Shown here in pieces: positions 28,794-56,900 of a stretch of 64,000 nucleotides of DNA. The notes under the pieces are model-generated. The model did not search any database. It was not told the origin of the DNA and saw only the letters and a program-made list of their open reading frames with translations. The number at the start of each line of letters is the position of its first letter. Within the stretch, counting starts at the first letter, position 1. Made by a program: the position numbers and the translations under genes. Source of the DNA: Antechinus flavipes (taxonomy: Eukaryota); NCBI RefSeq assembly GCF_016432865.1, contig NC_067401.1, positions 558,001-622,000 on the forward strand, read 5' to 3'.

Positions 28794-29164
28794 AGTATTT
28801 ATGGCTGACCTGTGGCTCTCGTTCCAGTATTGATTGACTAGTGGCTTGCATAGCATTTAATAAGGAGGTCACGGGGCCAAACCCAAACCCCATTTCTGCA
28901 CTCTCTAACTCAGGAGTTGTTATCCTGAAATTACAAAAAGGTAAACTGAGGAACCAGGAGGGAAAATGATTTTCTTCTGTCCCAGCAGAAGTCCCAGCTG
29001 CGTGATGCTGGACAAATCACTCCCAAGATCTGGGGCTGATTCCTTATTTATCTGTAAAAAAACAAAAGGGTTGCCTCCAGCATGCCTTCAGCTTACAATG
29101 TAATGTTCCCCTTTTTCTCTTTTATTTTTAATAGCATTTTACTTCTTCAAATACATGTCTTTTC

Positions 29165-29315
29165 TCTTTTATTTTATTTGTTTTTGCTGAGGCAGTTGGG
29201 TTAAGTGACTTGCCCAGGGTCACATAGTCAGGAAGTGTTAAGTGTCTGAGATCAGATCTGAACTCTGGTCCACCTGACTTGAGGGCTGATGCTCTAACCA
29301 TTGTGCACCTGCCCC
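29165..29315 (-). mobile_element. tRNA-derived marsupial SINE (WSINE1-like)
   Basis: Reverse complement of ggggcagg...gagttcagatctg...gtgaccctgggcaagtcacttaaccc with a T-rich tail. Confidence 0.7.
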
Positions 29316-31650
29316 TTCTCTTATATTTTTAATAGTATTTTTAAAAATACATGCCTTTTCTCTTTTATTTTTAATAGTATTTTTTTCAAAAACATGTCTT
29401 TTCTCTTTTATTTTTAATAGTATTTTACTTTTTCAAATACATGCAAAGATACTTGTCAGTGATTTACAATACAATGTCATCCAGGCTTCCCTACTGCTCC
29501 TCCTGTTCTACTAGAAGTCTCCTAATCGGTTTCTTTCTCCAGGTTTGGCCAAAACAATCTTCCGGAGCAGATCAGGGCTTGGCCAAGTCGCTCTGTTCTG
29601 TGGCCGTGGTGTGCTTGGCTCCTCCTCCCTTGTCAGCCTTATTCCCTTCTCTCCTGTTACCTCCTCTGGACATTCCTCTCCCAGGGTCAGGGCTCTCCCT
29701 TCCCTCAAGCACCTGGCTGCATCTTCCCGCCATCCCTGAGGGGCCGTCAGGACCTGCTTCCTCTTCCACGCCAAGAGTGTCCCAGCCACACAGGGAGCAT
29801 TTGGTGGAGTTGGATATGGGCCCTTTTCTGGGCAAGGCTGTCTGGTTTCAAGTGCCCAGAGCAGCTCGGAGGAGGAGAGCTCAAAAAGAAATCTTGCTGA
29901 AATGCCAGAAATCATGCTTTGGGATTCGCCAACCCAAGAGCCTGGGCTGTGAAGAGTCCCTCGGACCAGACCTGCCCTTCGCTGCCTCCACACTGAGCGT
30001 CAACTATCTGGCCAGGGGCTCTTTGGAGAAGACGTGCTCCCTGAACCCCCAGAGTCCTCCGGCAGGTACATGTAAGGGTGATCGCTTGTGTCGCCAAACG
30101 ATTGCTGGTTCTCTACAACGGCGACTTCCTCCCCGTTCAGCTACAAGTGTCCGATTGACCAGGAGCTCAGTAGAAGCATGTCACCTAGAGGAGACAGCCT
30201 ACCTAGAGGAGATATCCTGGGGGTCAATGGACAGGAAGCGCCGTCTGCATTGGTGGAGGGACCCCAACATCAGCGGAGTCCGAGAGCAGACTGAAAAGTG
30301 GGTTCCTTGCAGACAGTAGTGTGCCCTTCCTAGTCTCCCGTGGCCCCACATGGCATGGGGTGCTTGTGTCAAGGCGCCTGGGCTGGGCTGGGAGGGAGGT
30401 TCCTGGGGCAGGGGGAAGCTCCCTGGCTCTCCCAGGTCCACCACCAGCCATACCTTCTGCTCGCATAGAAGAGGGTCGGGTGGGAAAGAGGAGGAGACCC
30501 TCTTCTTGGGGGACTTCTGCTTCCCTTGGTGGTGGTGGAAGAGCCCTGGGCCCAGGCAGCCTCACAGGGCAGGCCCAGGGGAGCCCAGGAGGCCCAGAAT
30601 AAACTTGCTCTCGGAGAGCTATTAGAAGATGCTTTGGGGGCTTTCTCAGAGGTCTTTCAATGGGCTTTGCTTGCGGCTAACTGCTGAGAGCTCGGACTAT
30701 CCAGGGAGCAGGGAGGGGCCCCAGGCCCAGCACCAGGCTGTGCTAGACAAAAAGGCAAGGGGAAGCTCCCTGCAAGTGCGAATGGAGGCTCCTGGGGCAG
30801 CAGCACTGGGCAGAGCCTCCCTAAAAGGGAGCCAGGAGGAGGAGGGAGGGCATTCATTGTACCCAGAGTGCCAGGGTGGGCTGGAATGGGGAGGGCACCA
30901 GAAACAGCCTGCAAAGGGGGTGTCCCTGAGCTCAAACCCTGCCCCAGAAACTATCTGTCTGACCCTGGGGAAGTCCCTGAGGCTGTGTGCCTCAGCTTCC
31001 TCATTTGTAAAATGATCTGGAGAAGAAACCACCCTGATATCCCTGGCAAGAAAACCCCAGATGGGGTCTCAAAGAGCCAGACACAGCTGGAAAGTGCTGG
31101 CAAGGACTTTGTCATTTCATTTCCAGGCGGCCTAGATGCATGCCCTGGTTACGCCACGTTCCATGTCCTTCATTAGCTGGGGGGGGGGGGGGTCCACCAT
31201 ATCGTCTGGCCCTCACCCCCCCATCGAGGTCCTGGCTAGTAATGGCATGTTCCTGAGTACCTCCCTCACCCTAGGAGCTCCAGAGTGGTAGAGACTATGG
31301 CAGAGAGACCCTGGCTACGCTGGGCATTGCCCTGGTGGAGGGGATCCCCACACTGGGAGCTCCCCCCGTCACTGCTCTAGAATGGATTACTGTCGGGACA
31401 GAGCTTCCAGGGGCTTCTCCAGGCCTTTCCCCCTTGCTGCCTTGCATACAGTTGGTGCTCAATATCCAGGACAGGTTGAAATGAATGTCTCCCCTAGAAG
31501 GCAGGCGGCAAGGAGAAAGACCCAGTCCTAGGTGTGGGCCAGAGGCCCCATGGCAGAAATGAGCCAAACATCGAGGCCCCTGGAGACGCTGGGCCCCTGG
31601 GGTCCCTGATGTCACTTCGATGGCCACATTCCCATGAGAACTTGTCTTCT

Positions 31651-31839
31651 GGGGCAGCTAGGTGGCGCAGTGGACAGAGCACCATTCCTGAAGTCAGGAG
31701 GACCTGAGTTCAAATCTGACCTCAGGTACTTAGCACTTCCTAGCTGTGTGACCCTGGACAAGCCACTTAACCCCAATTGCATCAGGGGAAATAAAGGAAA
31801 AAAACACACACACACACACACAAAAACCACGCAAAAAAA
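31651..31839 (+). mobile_element. tRNA-derived marsupial SINE (WSINE1-like) with 15-bp TSD
   Basis: GGGGCAGCTAGGTGGCGCAGTGG A box and GAGTTCAAATC B box; A/CA tail; TSD gagaacttgt(c/t)ttct at 31636-31650 and 31840-31854. Confidence 0.85.
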
Positions 31840-31994
31840 GAGAACTTGTTTTCTCCCCAGACTTTGCCTCTACGAGCAAGCCGCTCACTTGTGGGGAAAA
31901 GCCCCTGTTTCTGCAGGGCTTCCCAGGACTTTACCCAGAGCCCAAACAGAGACAGAGACACGGAAAGAGACAGACAGAGAGAAAGAAAGGAAAA

Positions 31995-32263
31995 NNNNNN
32001 NNNNNNNNNNNNNNNNNNNNNNNNNNNNNNNNNNNNNNNNNNNNNNNNNNNNNNNNNNNNNNNNNNNNNNNNNNNNNNNNNNNNNNNNNNNNNNNNNNNN
32101 NNNNNNNNNNNNNNNNNNNNNNNNNNNNNNNNNNNNNNNNNNNNNNNNNNNNNNNNNNNNNNNNNNNNNNNNNNNNNNNNNNNNNNNNNNNNNNNNNNNN
32201 NNNNNNNNNNNNNNNNNNNNNNNNNNNNNNNNNNNNNNNNNNNNNNNNNNNNNNNNNNNNNNN
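31995..32263. other. assembly gap (269 N)
   Basis: N run within a GA-rich simple repeat. Confidence 0.99.
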
Positions 32264-34373
32264 GACAGAGGGAGATAGAAAGACACGGAGAGAGAGAGAC
32301 AGAAAGACAGAGGCAGAGACAGAGAGAGACAGAGAAAGGGAGAGACAGAGGTAAACAGGGAGAGACAGACAGAAATAGAGACAGAGAGGGGGCAAAGAGA
32401 GGGGAAATGGGGCAGAGAATAGCACTTAAACTTATTCCTGGCTGTCAGAACATCTTACAAATCCTGAAGTGTTTTAGCAGTATGAGGTATTTTTTTGGGG
32501 GGTGGGGCAGGGCAGGGCAGGGCAGAACACAATATACTAGATGGGACTGAACAGAAGACAGTTTCAGATCTCCTGCCTCTCAGAGAACCCTAAAAGTCCC
32601 TTGGTTGTCTGGCCACCATAACCTACCCTAGACTCCCAGAGAGCTTGTGGCTCATTATGGCCCCTCAGATCTTCCTCCCCAGGGACCAAGCCCTGCCCTG
32701 TTCATGTGAAACTGATTTTCTGCCCTGAGTTCAGGAAATCACACTTATTCCCACAACATTTTGCCTTCAATTTAACCTTTGATTCATGCCCTAGGAATGA
32801 TTTAGTTCCCATTTGTCTTCCACAAAGCATGGCCCATGGACCTCTGGGGGAACCAAGACCCCACCTGCACTTTAGAGAGCAGTCCTTGGGGCCTCTGAAT
32901 GGACGCTGCTCCGATGTGCCCGACAAACCCACGGGGAGTCATACAATTCCAGACATGGAACCTCTTTCCCGCATCTGGCATCTCGGGGCTGCCTTCCCGG
33001 GAGTCAGGGTGAGCCCCAGCCCACTCCCAGGAAAAAACAAACCTTTAAGAATGTCCTTGCTGAGGCAACTGGAGCAATCCATTCTGAGCCTTAAGCCTGG
33101 AGGGAGCGTCTGCTCCCAGATGGAGTTGTGGAGGCTCCCTTTTTGAGCCTGACCCGCTGTTTTTCAGGGAAGGCCATTTTTATTTGAAACCATGGGAATC
33201 GATGGTTCTTCAGGCTAGAGTACTGGTAGACATCTCCTAAAAACCGAACCGTCTGTGACTTCTCGGACATGGGACCGTGTTTGTTACCACTGATAAAATC
33301 TGAGCCTTCAAATGAAAGTTAGAATTTTGGAAAACTGCTGCTGCCCCGGGGAACCGACACAATCCCAATCATGAAAGAGCTTTCTGATTCTCTGCTGATA
33401 TTAATGGGATCTTGTTCCCTTTTTTTTCTTTTTTTGCGCTGGATGATGGTGTCCCCATTCGGAAGATCCTCGTAACTCAATGAACCCACATTTTCCAAAC
33501 GAACCAAGCACAAAGTTACCGAATTATAGGGTAAAAAATCTTTTCCGAGTGAAAGACCAATAAACTTAACCCCAATTTGAAGGATCTACTTCTCCCCTTC
33601 CCAGCCACACTCGCTGCTTTTCTTCACGTTGCAGCCAAAATAAGATAGTGCAAGGGAGTGAAGGAGAAAGAAAAATGACTTTCTGACGAAGTCGGACATT
33701 TGGGAGATTTGCAGAATTGGGAGATTTTTTTTTCGGGGGGGGGGGGAGAGGGGACTGTTTTAAATTAAAATTATGTAACATGTAACAGATGTATTTATAC
33801 TTCCTGGTATGGGAAACGTCAGAACCCACAGTGACAAAAGCTCTTCGGGATCTTCGCGAATTGCTAAGAGCGGAACAGCATCCAACCGCAGCCGCAGAGC
33901 AGGGGCCCGGGAGCGCCAAGGGCGGAGCCTCGGCGGCCCTTTCCCTGAGGTTATTGGAGAGCCACACCCACGTGCTGTCCCGAAAGCCGCAGGGGGCCAC
34001 GCTGACCTGGGGCCCTCTAGGACCGGCCCACCCCCGAAATGCGTCTCTAGCGAGTCCAGGAAGCTTCTGGGAGCTGAAGCCCCGCTTCCGAGCTTCTCCA
34101 GGCGCAGCCTTCAGCCTCCCCTCCGCAGCGGAAGACTCCAGCGGGGAGTCACAGCGCAGCTCCCCCGTTATCGGCCGCCCCCCCTTGTTGCGCTGCAGCC
34201 GTCGTCAGATAACGGGGCCAGGTCACCCCCCGAGCCCCCGGCTGCTGCGCGCCGTTCTCAGTGTCCATTGCTTTCTTCTCCCTGCCCAGTGGGGTCGCCT
34301 GGCAACGCCCTGGGGAGGGGGGGAGGGGAGGCTGAAGGAGGACCACCGCCCGGCCGCCGTTCTGACAAAACGC

Positions 34374-34379
34374 TTTATT
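34374..34379 (-). terminator. CFAP410 polyadenylation signal (AATAAA)
   Basis: tttatt on + = AATAAA on -, about 560 nt after the stop codon. Confidence 0.75.
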
Positions 34380-34937
34380 TTACTGAGATTCGGATGCTCG
34401 TGGGAGGAAGCCCAAGAACAAGCAGTACAGCCCCGCCCCCCAAGCAAATGCAGGATTTCCCAGACCCACAACCCAAGGGCCCCCTGGGCAGCAAACCCTG
34501 GCAGAGCCCCAGCCTGGGGGCCCTGCATCAGGAGGCCAGGCTTCGTCGGGAGATGATCCTGACAGCTTCGGAGCCTCCGGCAAAGGGACTTTGGGGCCCA
34601 GCACCGGGCTCCTTCTCGCCTCCGTGTGGCCCCCAGGGCCCGCCCAGCCTCGTGGGTCAGGGAAGAGGACCCAGGTGGGTACCACTTCCTCCAGTGCCTG
34701 TGGCTGGAAGTCTCCCTACAGCCCCCTCAGGACGGCAAGGACGCGTTCTGAGCAATTCCGCTTATTGGGAAGATGGGATTTTGAATGGAACGCTCAGATC
34801 CAAACGGGACCTCTGCGGGTGGCCCCGCCCCCTGCACCCTGTCCCTGGGGTGGGGGGCAGCCACGTGGCCGACTGGATGGGCTGACCACACCAGCCACCC
34901 CGGTGTGTGGCTCGGGCTGGACAGAGCAGGCCGGGCC

Positions 34938-50560
<15,623 letters not shown>

Positions 50561-50784
50561 TCCGCAGAGATACTGGAGGGGTTCACCATTTCCTTCTCCA
50601 GCTCATGTTGTAGGTAAGGAAACTGAGGCAGGCAGGGCGAAGTGACTTGGTTAGGATCTCACAGCTAGGGTGTCTTGGAGGCTGGAACTGAAGTCAGACT
50701 TTCCCATCCCCAGACCTGGTGCCCCACCTGCTGTCCCAGGAAACAGCAGCCACAAGCAAGCTGGCAGCAAGCCAGCCTTTTTTT

Positions 50785-51180
50785 NNNNNNNNNNNNNNNN
50801 NNNNNNNNNNNNNNNNNNNNNNNNNNNNNNNNNNNNNNNNNNNNNNNNNNNNNNNNNNNNNNNNNNNNNNNNNNNNNNNNNNNNNNNNNNNNNNNNNNNN
50901 NNNNNNNNNNNNNNNNNNNNNNNNNNNNNNNNNNNNNNNNNNNNNNNNNNNNNNNNNNNNNNNNNNNNNNNNNNNNNNNNNNNNNNNNNNNNNNNNNNNN
51001 NNNNNNNNNNNNNNNNNNNNNNNNNNNNNNNNNNNNNNNNNNNNNNNNNNNNNNNNNNNNNNNNNNNNNNNNNNNNNNNNNNNNNNNNNNNNNNNNNNNN
51101 NNNNNNNNNNNNNNNNNNNNNNNNNNNNNNNNNNNNNNNNNNNNNNNNNNNNNNNNNNNNNNNNNNNNNNNNNNNNNNNN
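50785..51180. other. assembly gap (396 N)
   Basis: N run next to T/CT-rich repeats. Confidence 0.99.
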
Positions 51181-51224
51181 TCCTACCTCTATTCCTTCCT
51201 TCCTTCCTTCCCCTCTCTTTCTTT

Positions 51225-52980
51225 TTTTTATTAAAGGTTTTAATTTTTCAAAACACGTGTGAACAATTCTTCAAACATTAGCCCTTGCAAAACCTTGTGT
51301 TCCAATTTTCCCTCCATTCCCCCAAGCCCTCCCCTAGATGGCAAGTAGTTCGATATATGTTAAATCTGATGTATGCATACATATTTATACAATTATTGTG
51401 CTACACAAGAAAAATCATATCAAACCAGTAAAAAAAAAAAAAGCAAAATAAAACACAAGCAAGCAACAACAGAAAGAGTGAAAATGTTATGTTGTAGTCC
51501 ACAGTCAGTTCCCACAATCCTCTCTCTGGATATAGATGGCTCTTTTCTTCACTGAACGAATGGAACTGGTTTGAATCATCTCATTGTTGCAGAAAGCCAC
51601 GTCCATCAGAATTGATCATCATATAGTATTGTTGTTGTTGAAGTATATAGTGATCTCCTGGCCCTGCTCATTTCCCTCAATATCAGTTCATGTGAGTCTT
51701 TCCAGTCCTCTCTGTATTCATCCTGCTGGTCATTTCTTACAGAACAATAGTATTCCATAACATTCATATACCACAATTTATTCAGCCATTCTCCATGATG
51801 GGCAGCCACTCAGGTTCCAGTTTCTGGCCACTACAAAGAGGGCTGCCACAAGCATTCTTGCACATGTGGGCCCCTTTCCCTCCTTTAACATGTCTTGGGG
51901 ATACAGGCCCAGTAGAAACACTGCTGGGTCACAAGGTGTGCACAGTTTGATAACTTTTTGAGCAAAGTTCCAAATCGCTCTCCAGAATGGTTGCATCCAT
52001 TCACAGCTTCACTAACTGTGGTGATCTTCTTCTTTTAAAATAAGTAGAATAGTTCTCTCTGGGGGAGAGGGTAGGTTTCTTGGGGGAGGTTTTCTTGGAA
52101 GCAGTCTTAGTTGCAGTTGAAAGTAATAATCACCCAAATGCAGCCAGCTGGTAAAAATACAAACGTTTACTTTCTCCTTCCAAAGTAGCCTGGTTAGTTG
52201 AAGCCTCTCTCTCTGCTTGGTTCCAAAAGCTCCCTCCGAATGTCTCCAAATCCAAAGGTTTTGCCCTTCAGCCTCTGCCTCTGCTTTCTTCAGCCTCCAG
52301 AGCCAGCACCAAGTTGAATCTGTCTTGCCTCTGAGAGAATCTTCTCAATCTTCACTGAGCTCTCCACTCGTAGCTTCTTCCTCTGAAAACTCTTTTTCCG
52401 CCACCAGCCAGCCAAGTGGAAAATATTCTGCAATGAATCACTCTTCACTGGCTTATATATGACTCTTCTGAGAGAATGGGATTATGGGTTTTCTCCCATA
52501 GTGCTCTCTGGCCCTAAGAGCTTCAAGGGAGGTATGAATTCAGATATCTCATACTAACCCCTGAAATTTCCCAAACATGTGAACTCCAGTGAGTAAAGGT
52601 GCAAACACAAGCATTGTATCAATTAGTTTTACTTAGTACCTTGTTTCAGGTTTTGGCCCAAAACATCTTCTTGTAAGAGCAGATCAATAATCTATCAACT
52701 CTAATGAGTTAGCAGTTTGTAAAGATTCCAACAACTAACAAGGTATCCCAGTTTTTTAATTGTGTCCCAGTTTTCCCACATACCCTCCAATATTGGTCCT
52801 TGTCTTTTCCTGCCATCTTAGCCAATGTGAGAGGTGTGCAGTGGTACCTCAGAGTTGTCTTGATTTGCATTTCTCTGGTCAATAGTGATTTGGAGCACCT
52901 TTCCATCTGACTAGAAATGGTTTCAATTTCTTCATCTGAAAATTGTCTGTTCACATCCTTTGACCCTTTATCAATTGGGG
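51225..52980 (-). mobile_element. LINE-1 3' portion (ORF2 C-terminus + 3' UTR), split by an LTR
   Basis: Minus-strand ORFs MNRQFSDEEI...EMQIKTTLRYH and QPFWRAIWNFAQKVIKLC.P.DPAV.LLGLYP match the L1 ORF2 C-terminus; T-rich tail at ~51225. Confidence 0.88.
52017..52733 (-). mobile_element. solo LTR with 6-bp TSD (class II/beta-like ERV inferred)
   Basis: TG...CA termini; ACTAAC at 52011-52016 and 52734-52739; minus-strand TATATAA (~52453-52459) and AGTAAA (~52166-52171). Confidence 0.75.
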
Positions 52981-53764
52981 AATAAACCAGTCTTTATTTC
53001 TTCCGAGCATCGTGGGTGGGTGATTGTGAGGCTCACATGAGGTAACACTGATGAAGTGGAGTGCCGGCACATAGTAGGCACTCCACTCCATATTTCCTCC
53101 CTTCCCTTTTCCAGCTCCCAGGGATGAGAGCAGTGTGTCTGGTCTCTCCTGGCACCATGTGATATGGCGACCTTTGAGGTGATGGCAGTCTGCCTCTTAA
53201 CTATGGGGAAGCTGAGGCCGGACCGTCTGTGCAATCAGCCAATAAGCACTTATTAAGTGCCTATGTGCGCCAAACTCTATTTCTCAAGGAAGAGGCAACA
53301 GGGACCTCTCTCAGCACGTGCAGGACCAACAGGAGCTAGGTCCCGTTTGTGGGGAGGGAGGTTGGATTTCCAGTAGAAGGGCAAGATTGGAGGAAGCCCA
53401 GGCTTTTGGGGTCAGAGGCGAGGAGGGAGGCAGAGGTTCCGAACAAAGGCCTCAGCTCTCCTTCCACCGGACACTGCGCTCCTCCAGGGAGCAGGATAGC
53501 CTGTTTCCATGGCCAGTCTGTCGCCTGGCAACTGTTAGGAGGAAAAGGCTGGTTGAAGGCTGGAGATGCTGTTCTCCTCTTTAGGACCTCCGACTCCTTC
53601 TTGGACCTGGCGAGGCTGGAAAGGGCTGTCCACCTGACCAGGCAGCTGAGGAGACCTTGATTTCCTAACAAGAAATTCCTGGAAATGAGGCTGAAGGAGG
53701 ATGTTTCTGAGAAGGATTTCTGGCAGGAAGCTGAGAGCCAGGGAACTGAGGGCCCAGCTGCCCT

Positions 53765-53955
53765 TCCTCCTTCCTGCCTGCTGCCCCTCCACTTTTCTCT
53801 GCCCGCTGCCCCGCTGTTTTTCTCTGCCCGCTGCCCCACTGTTTTTCTCTGCCTGCTGCTCCACCACTTTTCTCTGCCCGCTGCCCCTCCGCTTTTCTCT
53901 GCCCGCTGCCCCTCCGCTTTTCTCTGCCCGCTGCCCCGCTGCTTTTCTCTCCAGA
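53765..53955. repeat. ~26-bp pyrimidine-rich tandem repeat (TTTTCTCTGCCCGCTGCCCC)
   Basis: About 7 copies visible. Confidence 0.85.
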
Positions 53956-56900
53956 CCCTAGGGCCTCTTTGCTCCCGTTTATTATTCATGACCAGAAGGC
54001 GCAGGCTCTGCCCGCTGCCCTCCTTGGTTTTCATGGGCAGGCCTTGTGCTGCCCAAGGTCTTCCTGACCTCGGAATAATGGCCTCTGTGGTGTTCCTGAA
54101 ACTTGTGAAAGAGCCATTCTGGCCCGTTTTCCCATCTCTAAACTTTCAAGCAGCGCCCTGGGATGGGCAGAGCAGTCTGCAGGCTGTGGGCCGCCGCAGC
54201 TGCCACTAATGGAGAAGGAGGCCGTTCGGCCTGGGGCTTTGGGAGCCCAGCCCCGGCAAAAGGAACACGCTCTTCTCCACGCTCTTCTCCGTGCCCTTCC
54301 CAGCCCTCTCCAAGAGGCCGGGGCTCAGCTGTTGGCTCGGGCAGACAGGCTTCTGAAATGCTTTCCTTCCCTGTGGACTTGGCGTGGACTTGGCCCGCCC
54401 TACGGCCCACCGCGCCCGGCCGGTGCTTTGGGATCCCTGTTGGTAATTGTGCACTTCTCATTTTCTTCCTCTAGATTCTGACCGCATTGGTACAGATGGT
54501 TCCCAGGGCATCCAGAACAGTCCTGGGGAAGGAAGCAGGGAGCTGCCTGCTGCTGACCGGCCAGCTGAGTGACCTGAGGTCAGCCTTGCCCTGGCGTGGC
54601 CCACCGAAAGCCCAGACTGCAGGGAGCTTTCCAGGGCACGGGAGGGTCATGATCCCCAGAGAGTGAGCTCCCTGGCCAGAAGAGGGCTCCCACCCGGCGC
54701 ATGGGTGTGGAGGGGAAGCCTGGGCCGCAGAGGGCCGGCACTTGGCAAGATGCCTTCTGGTCCAGCCCAGACCTGCATGAGGATCTCCACTAGGGCACGT
54801 GTGATGGGCGGCCACCCCACAGCTCCCGAGAGCTCCTCCTCTGGGCTCCCAGAGCACACCACCCCCTTCCTGGACATGTCCGCAGGTTGCCTTTGTGTAA
54901 GACTGCCTTTGCTCCTGCTTCTGGCCCCAGGGAATTCTTCCAAAGGATGAATTAGCCAGTGAGCATTTATTAAACTCTTACTGTATGCCAGATACCATGC
55001 TGGTGTTGGGGATACAGATAGAAAGACGGGGCCTGCCTTCAGGAAGCTTCCCTTCTAAGGAAGAAGATGGGGGGCATGGGACGCAAAGTTCTGTGGAGAT
55101 GCAGTAATGCAGGAGAGAAGTCTCCCCCTTAAATGGGAGCGTCTGGGAGGAAGGCAAGGCCTCCAGGATCTGGACACAGCATGGGGGGGTGGGGGATGGA
55201 CACGGCTCCAGGTTGTTTCCCCTCAGTCCCACCTTGTCCCCTCCCTCCAGGAAAGTGAGGCAAGTTCTTTCCCTGACCTGAAGTGGTCACAACTTCCCAG
55301 TCACTTCTCCTGGTCGCTTACGCACCTCAGGGGGCCACATGCCCTCTGTCTTCTTGGCCAGATGCACCGTAAGGCATAGAGGATGTGGAGGTGAGGGGGG
55401 GCCACATGTACCCGAGAAGCAAACCTCCTCTGTTAACTCCTGAGTAACCGATGCTGACTCCCAACTGCTGGGAAGGGTCCTCCACGGAGGGAGTCTCCAG
55501 GAGGCAGAAGCTGGAAGATGCTGGAGGGCTTTCTTTGGAATCCCCAGAGTGCCTAGGATGGGGCACGCTCTCAGTGAGTGAGGGAAGGGGGGGAGACAGA
55601 TGGACATTTTGCCCCGGAGAAGACAGGCACCCTCATTGTCGCCATCAACCCTCTCTCCAGGGGCTCTCCCCAAGGCAGATGTCTGGCCAGCCCAGGGGGG
55701 CTCCCGGTCCTCCAGGAGGGCCTTGTGAGGAGCTGGGGCAGGAGCTGCATCATGAAGCTGCTGGGCGCAGGCCGAGAGCTGGGAGGGAGCTGTCCTGCCT
55801 GTCATGCTTCCGGACCCTTATTGGATGGCAGCAAAAGAGCCCTGGCTCTGGGGTCAGAGGACCCAGATTCCAGTTCTGCCACTTTCTCTGGGACCTCGAC
55901 CAAGGCATGTCCTGAGCCTCGAGGCCTCTGAAGTCCCCCCTAGTTCTAGATCTGGGATCCTGGGGAATGGGGTTGGGAAGTGAATGCCATCCCTCCCAGA
56001 GGAGGGGCTGACCAGCCTGCTTCTGAGAAGACCCTCGGCTGTGCCCCCACTGAGGCTTCCAGCTGCTAGTGCTCTACAGAGTGTGGTGAATGTGCCTGGG
56101 AGGCTACTTACCTAATGGGGCAGGAGCCAATCGGGAGCTGGCAAACTTTCTCTGGCTCCCAGATGCCTTTGCTGGTGTTTGCTGGCTGAGCCTGGCTTCC
56201 TGCAGAGCCTTCCCTTTGTGCTTCTCCTAGGCTGGGGACTTCCCTGTGTGAGTCTGGCCACCTCTGTAGGTGGGGGGGGGCTTCTCGCCATGGACATGAG
56301 GAACAGCTGGGGGCACGGAACTCAAGCCCACCCCCATCCAGGCCTGGGGGCTTGGCCTCTGGGAGACAGCCAGCAGCTCCTGGTCCTGTCTCCTTACAAG
56401 AGCCTTTGGACACAGTTCATTGTGAGGAGGCTGAGGCTCAAAGACAAGAAGCACAGAAGTCATGGAGCCCACAAATGGTGGAACCATCAGTTTTCTTGAC
56501 TCCAGGTTCAGGCCTCTTTGCACTGCTCTCTACCCTCCTCCTCCTTTTCCTCTCCTCCCCTCTTCTTCCTCCTCTTCTTCCCATTCTTCCCCCCTCCACT
56601 CCTCATTTCTGTTTCTTTCCATTTTCATCTCTTTCTCTTCCTCTTCTTCTTCTTCCTCCCCTCCTCTTTCCCTCCCCTCCCCTTCCTCTTCCTCCTCTTC
56701 TTCCCATTCTTCTCCCCTCCACTTCTCATTTCTGTTTGCTCATCATCTACATGGACAAGTTCATTCTCCTTCAGTTCCTTCCTAAGTGGTGTTTGAAGCC
56801 TCAGAGTTAATCAGGTGCCACCCACTTCTTGGGGGCTGAGGGTACCCCCCACAATCTTGGGGCAAAGCCTGCAGCAGGATGTGTTGGCAGGAAATGGGAG

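Noticed and set aside
29441-30625. 292-aa and neighbouring ORFs downstream of the crystallin
   Set aside because: The 292-aa ORF starts in an L1-tail-like sequence; no recognisable domain or splice structure; long ORFs are expected by chance in GC-rich DNA.
31651-31730. tRNA gene
   Set aside because: The A and B boxes belong to a SINE head followed by a CORE-like body, A-rich tail and TSD; no cloverleaf 3' end.
33789-34885. 255- and 358-aa ORFs in the CpG island and CFAP410 3' UTR
   Set aside because: Low-complexity Pro/Gly/Arg/Ala translations of GC-rich sequence, partly antisense to the CFAP410 3' UTR; no domain.
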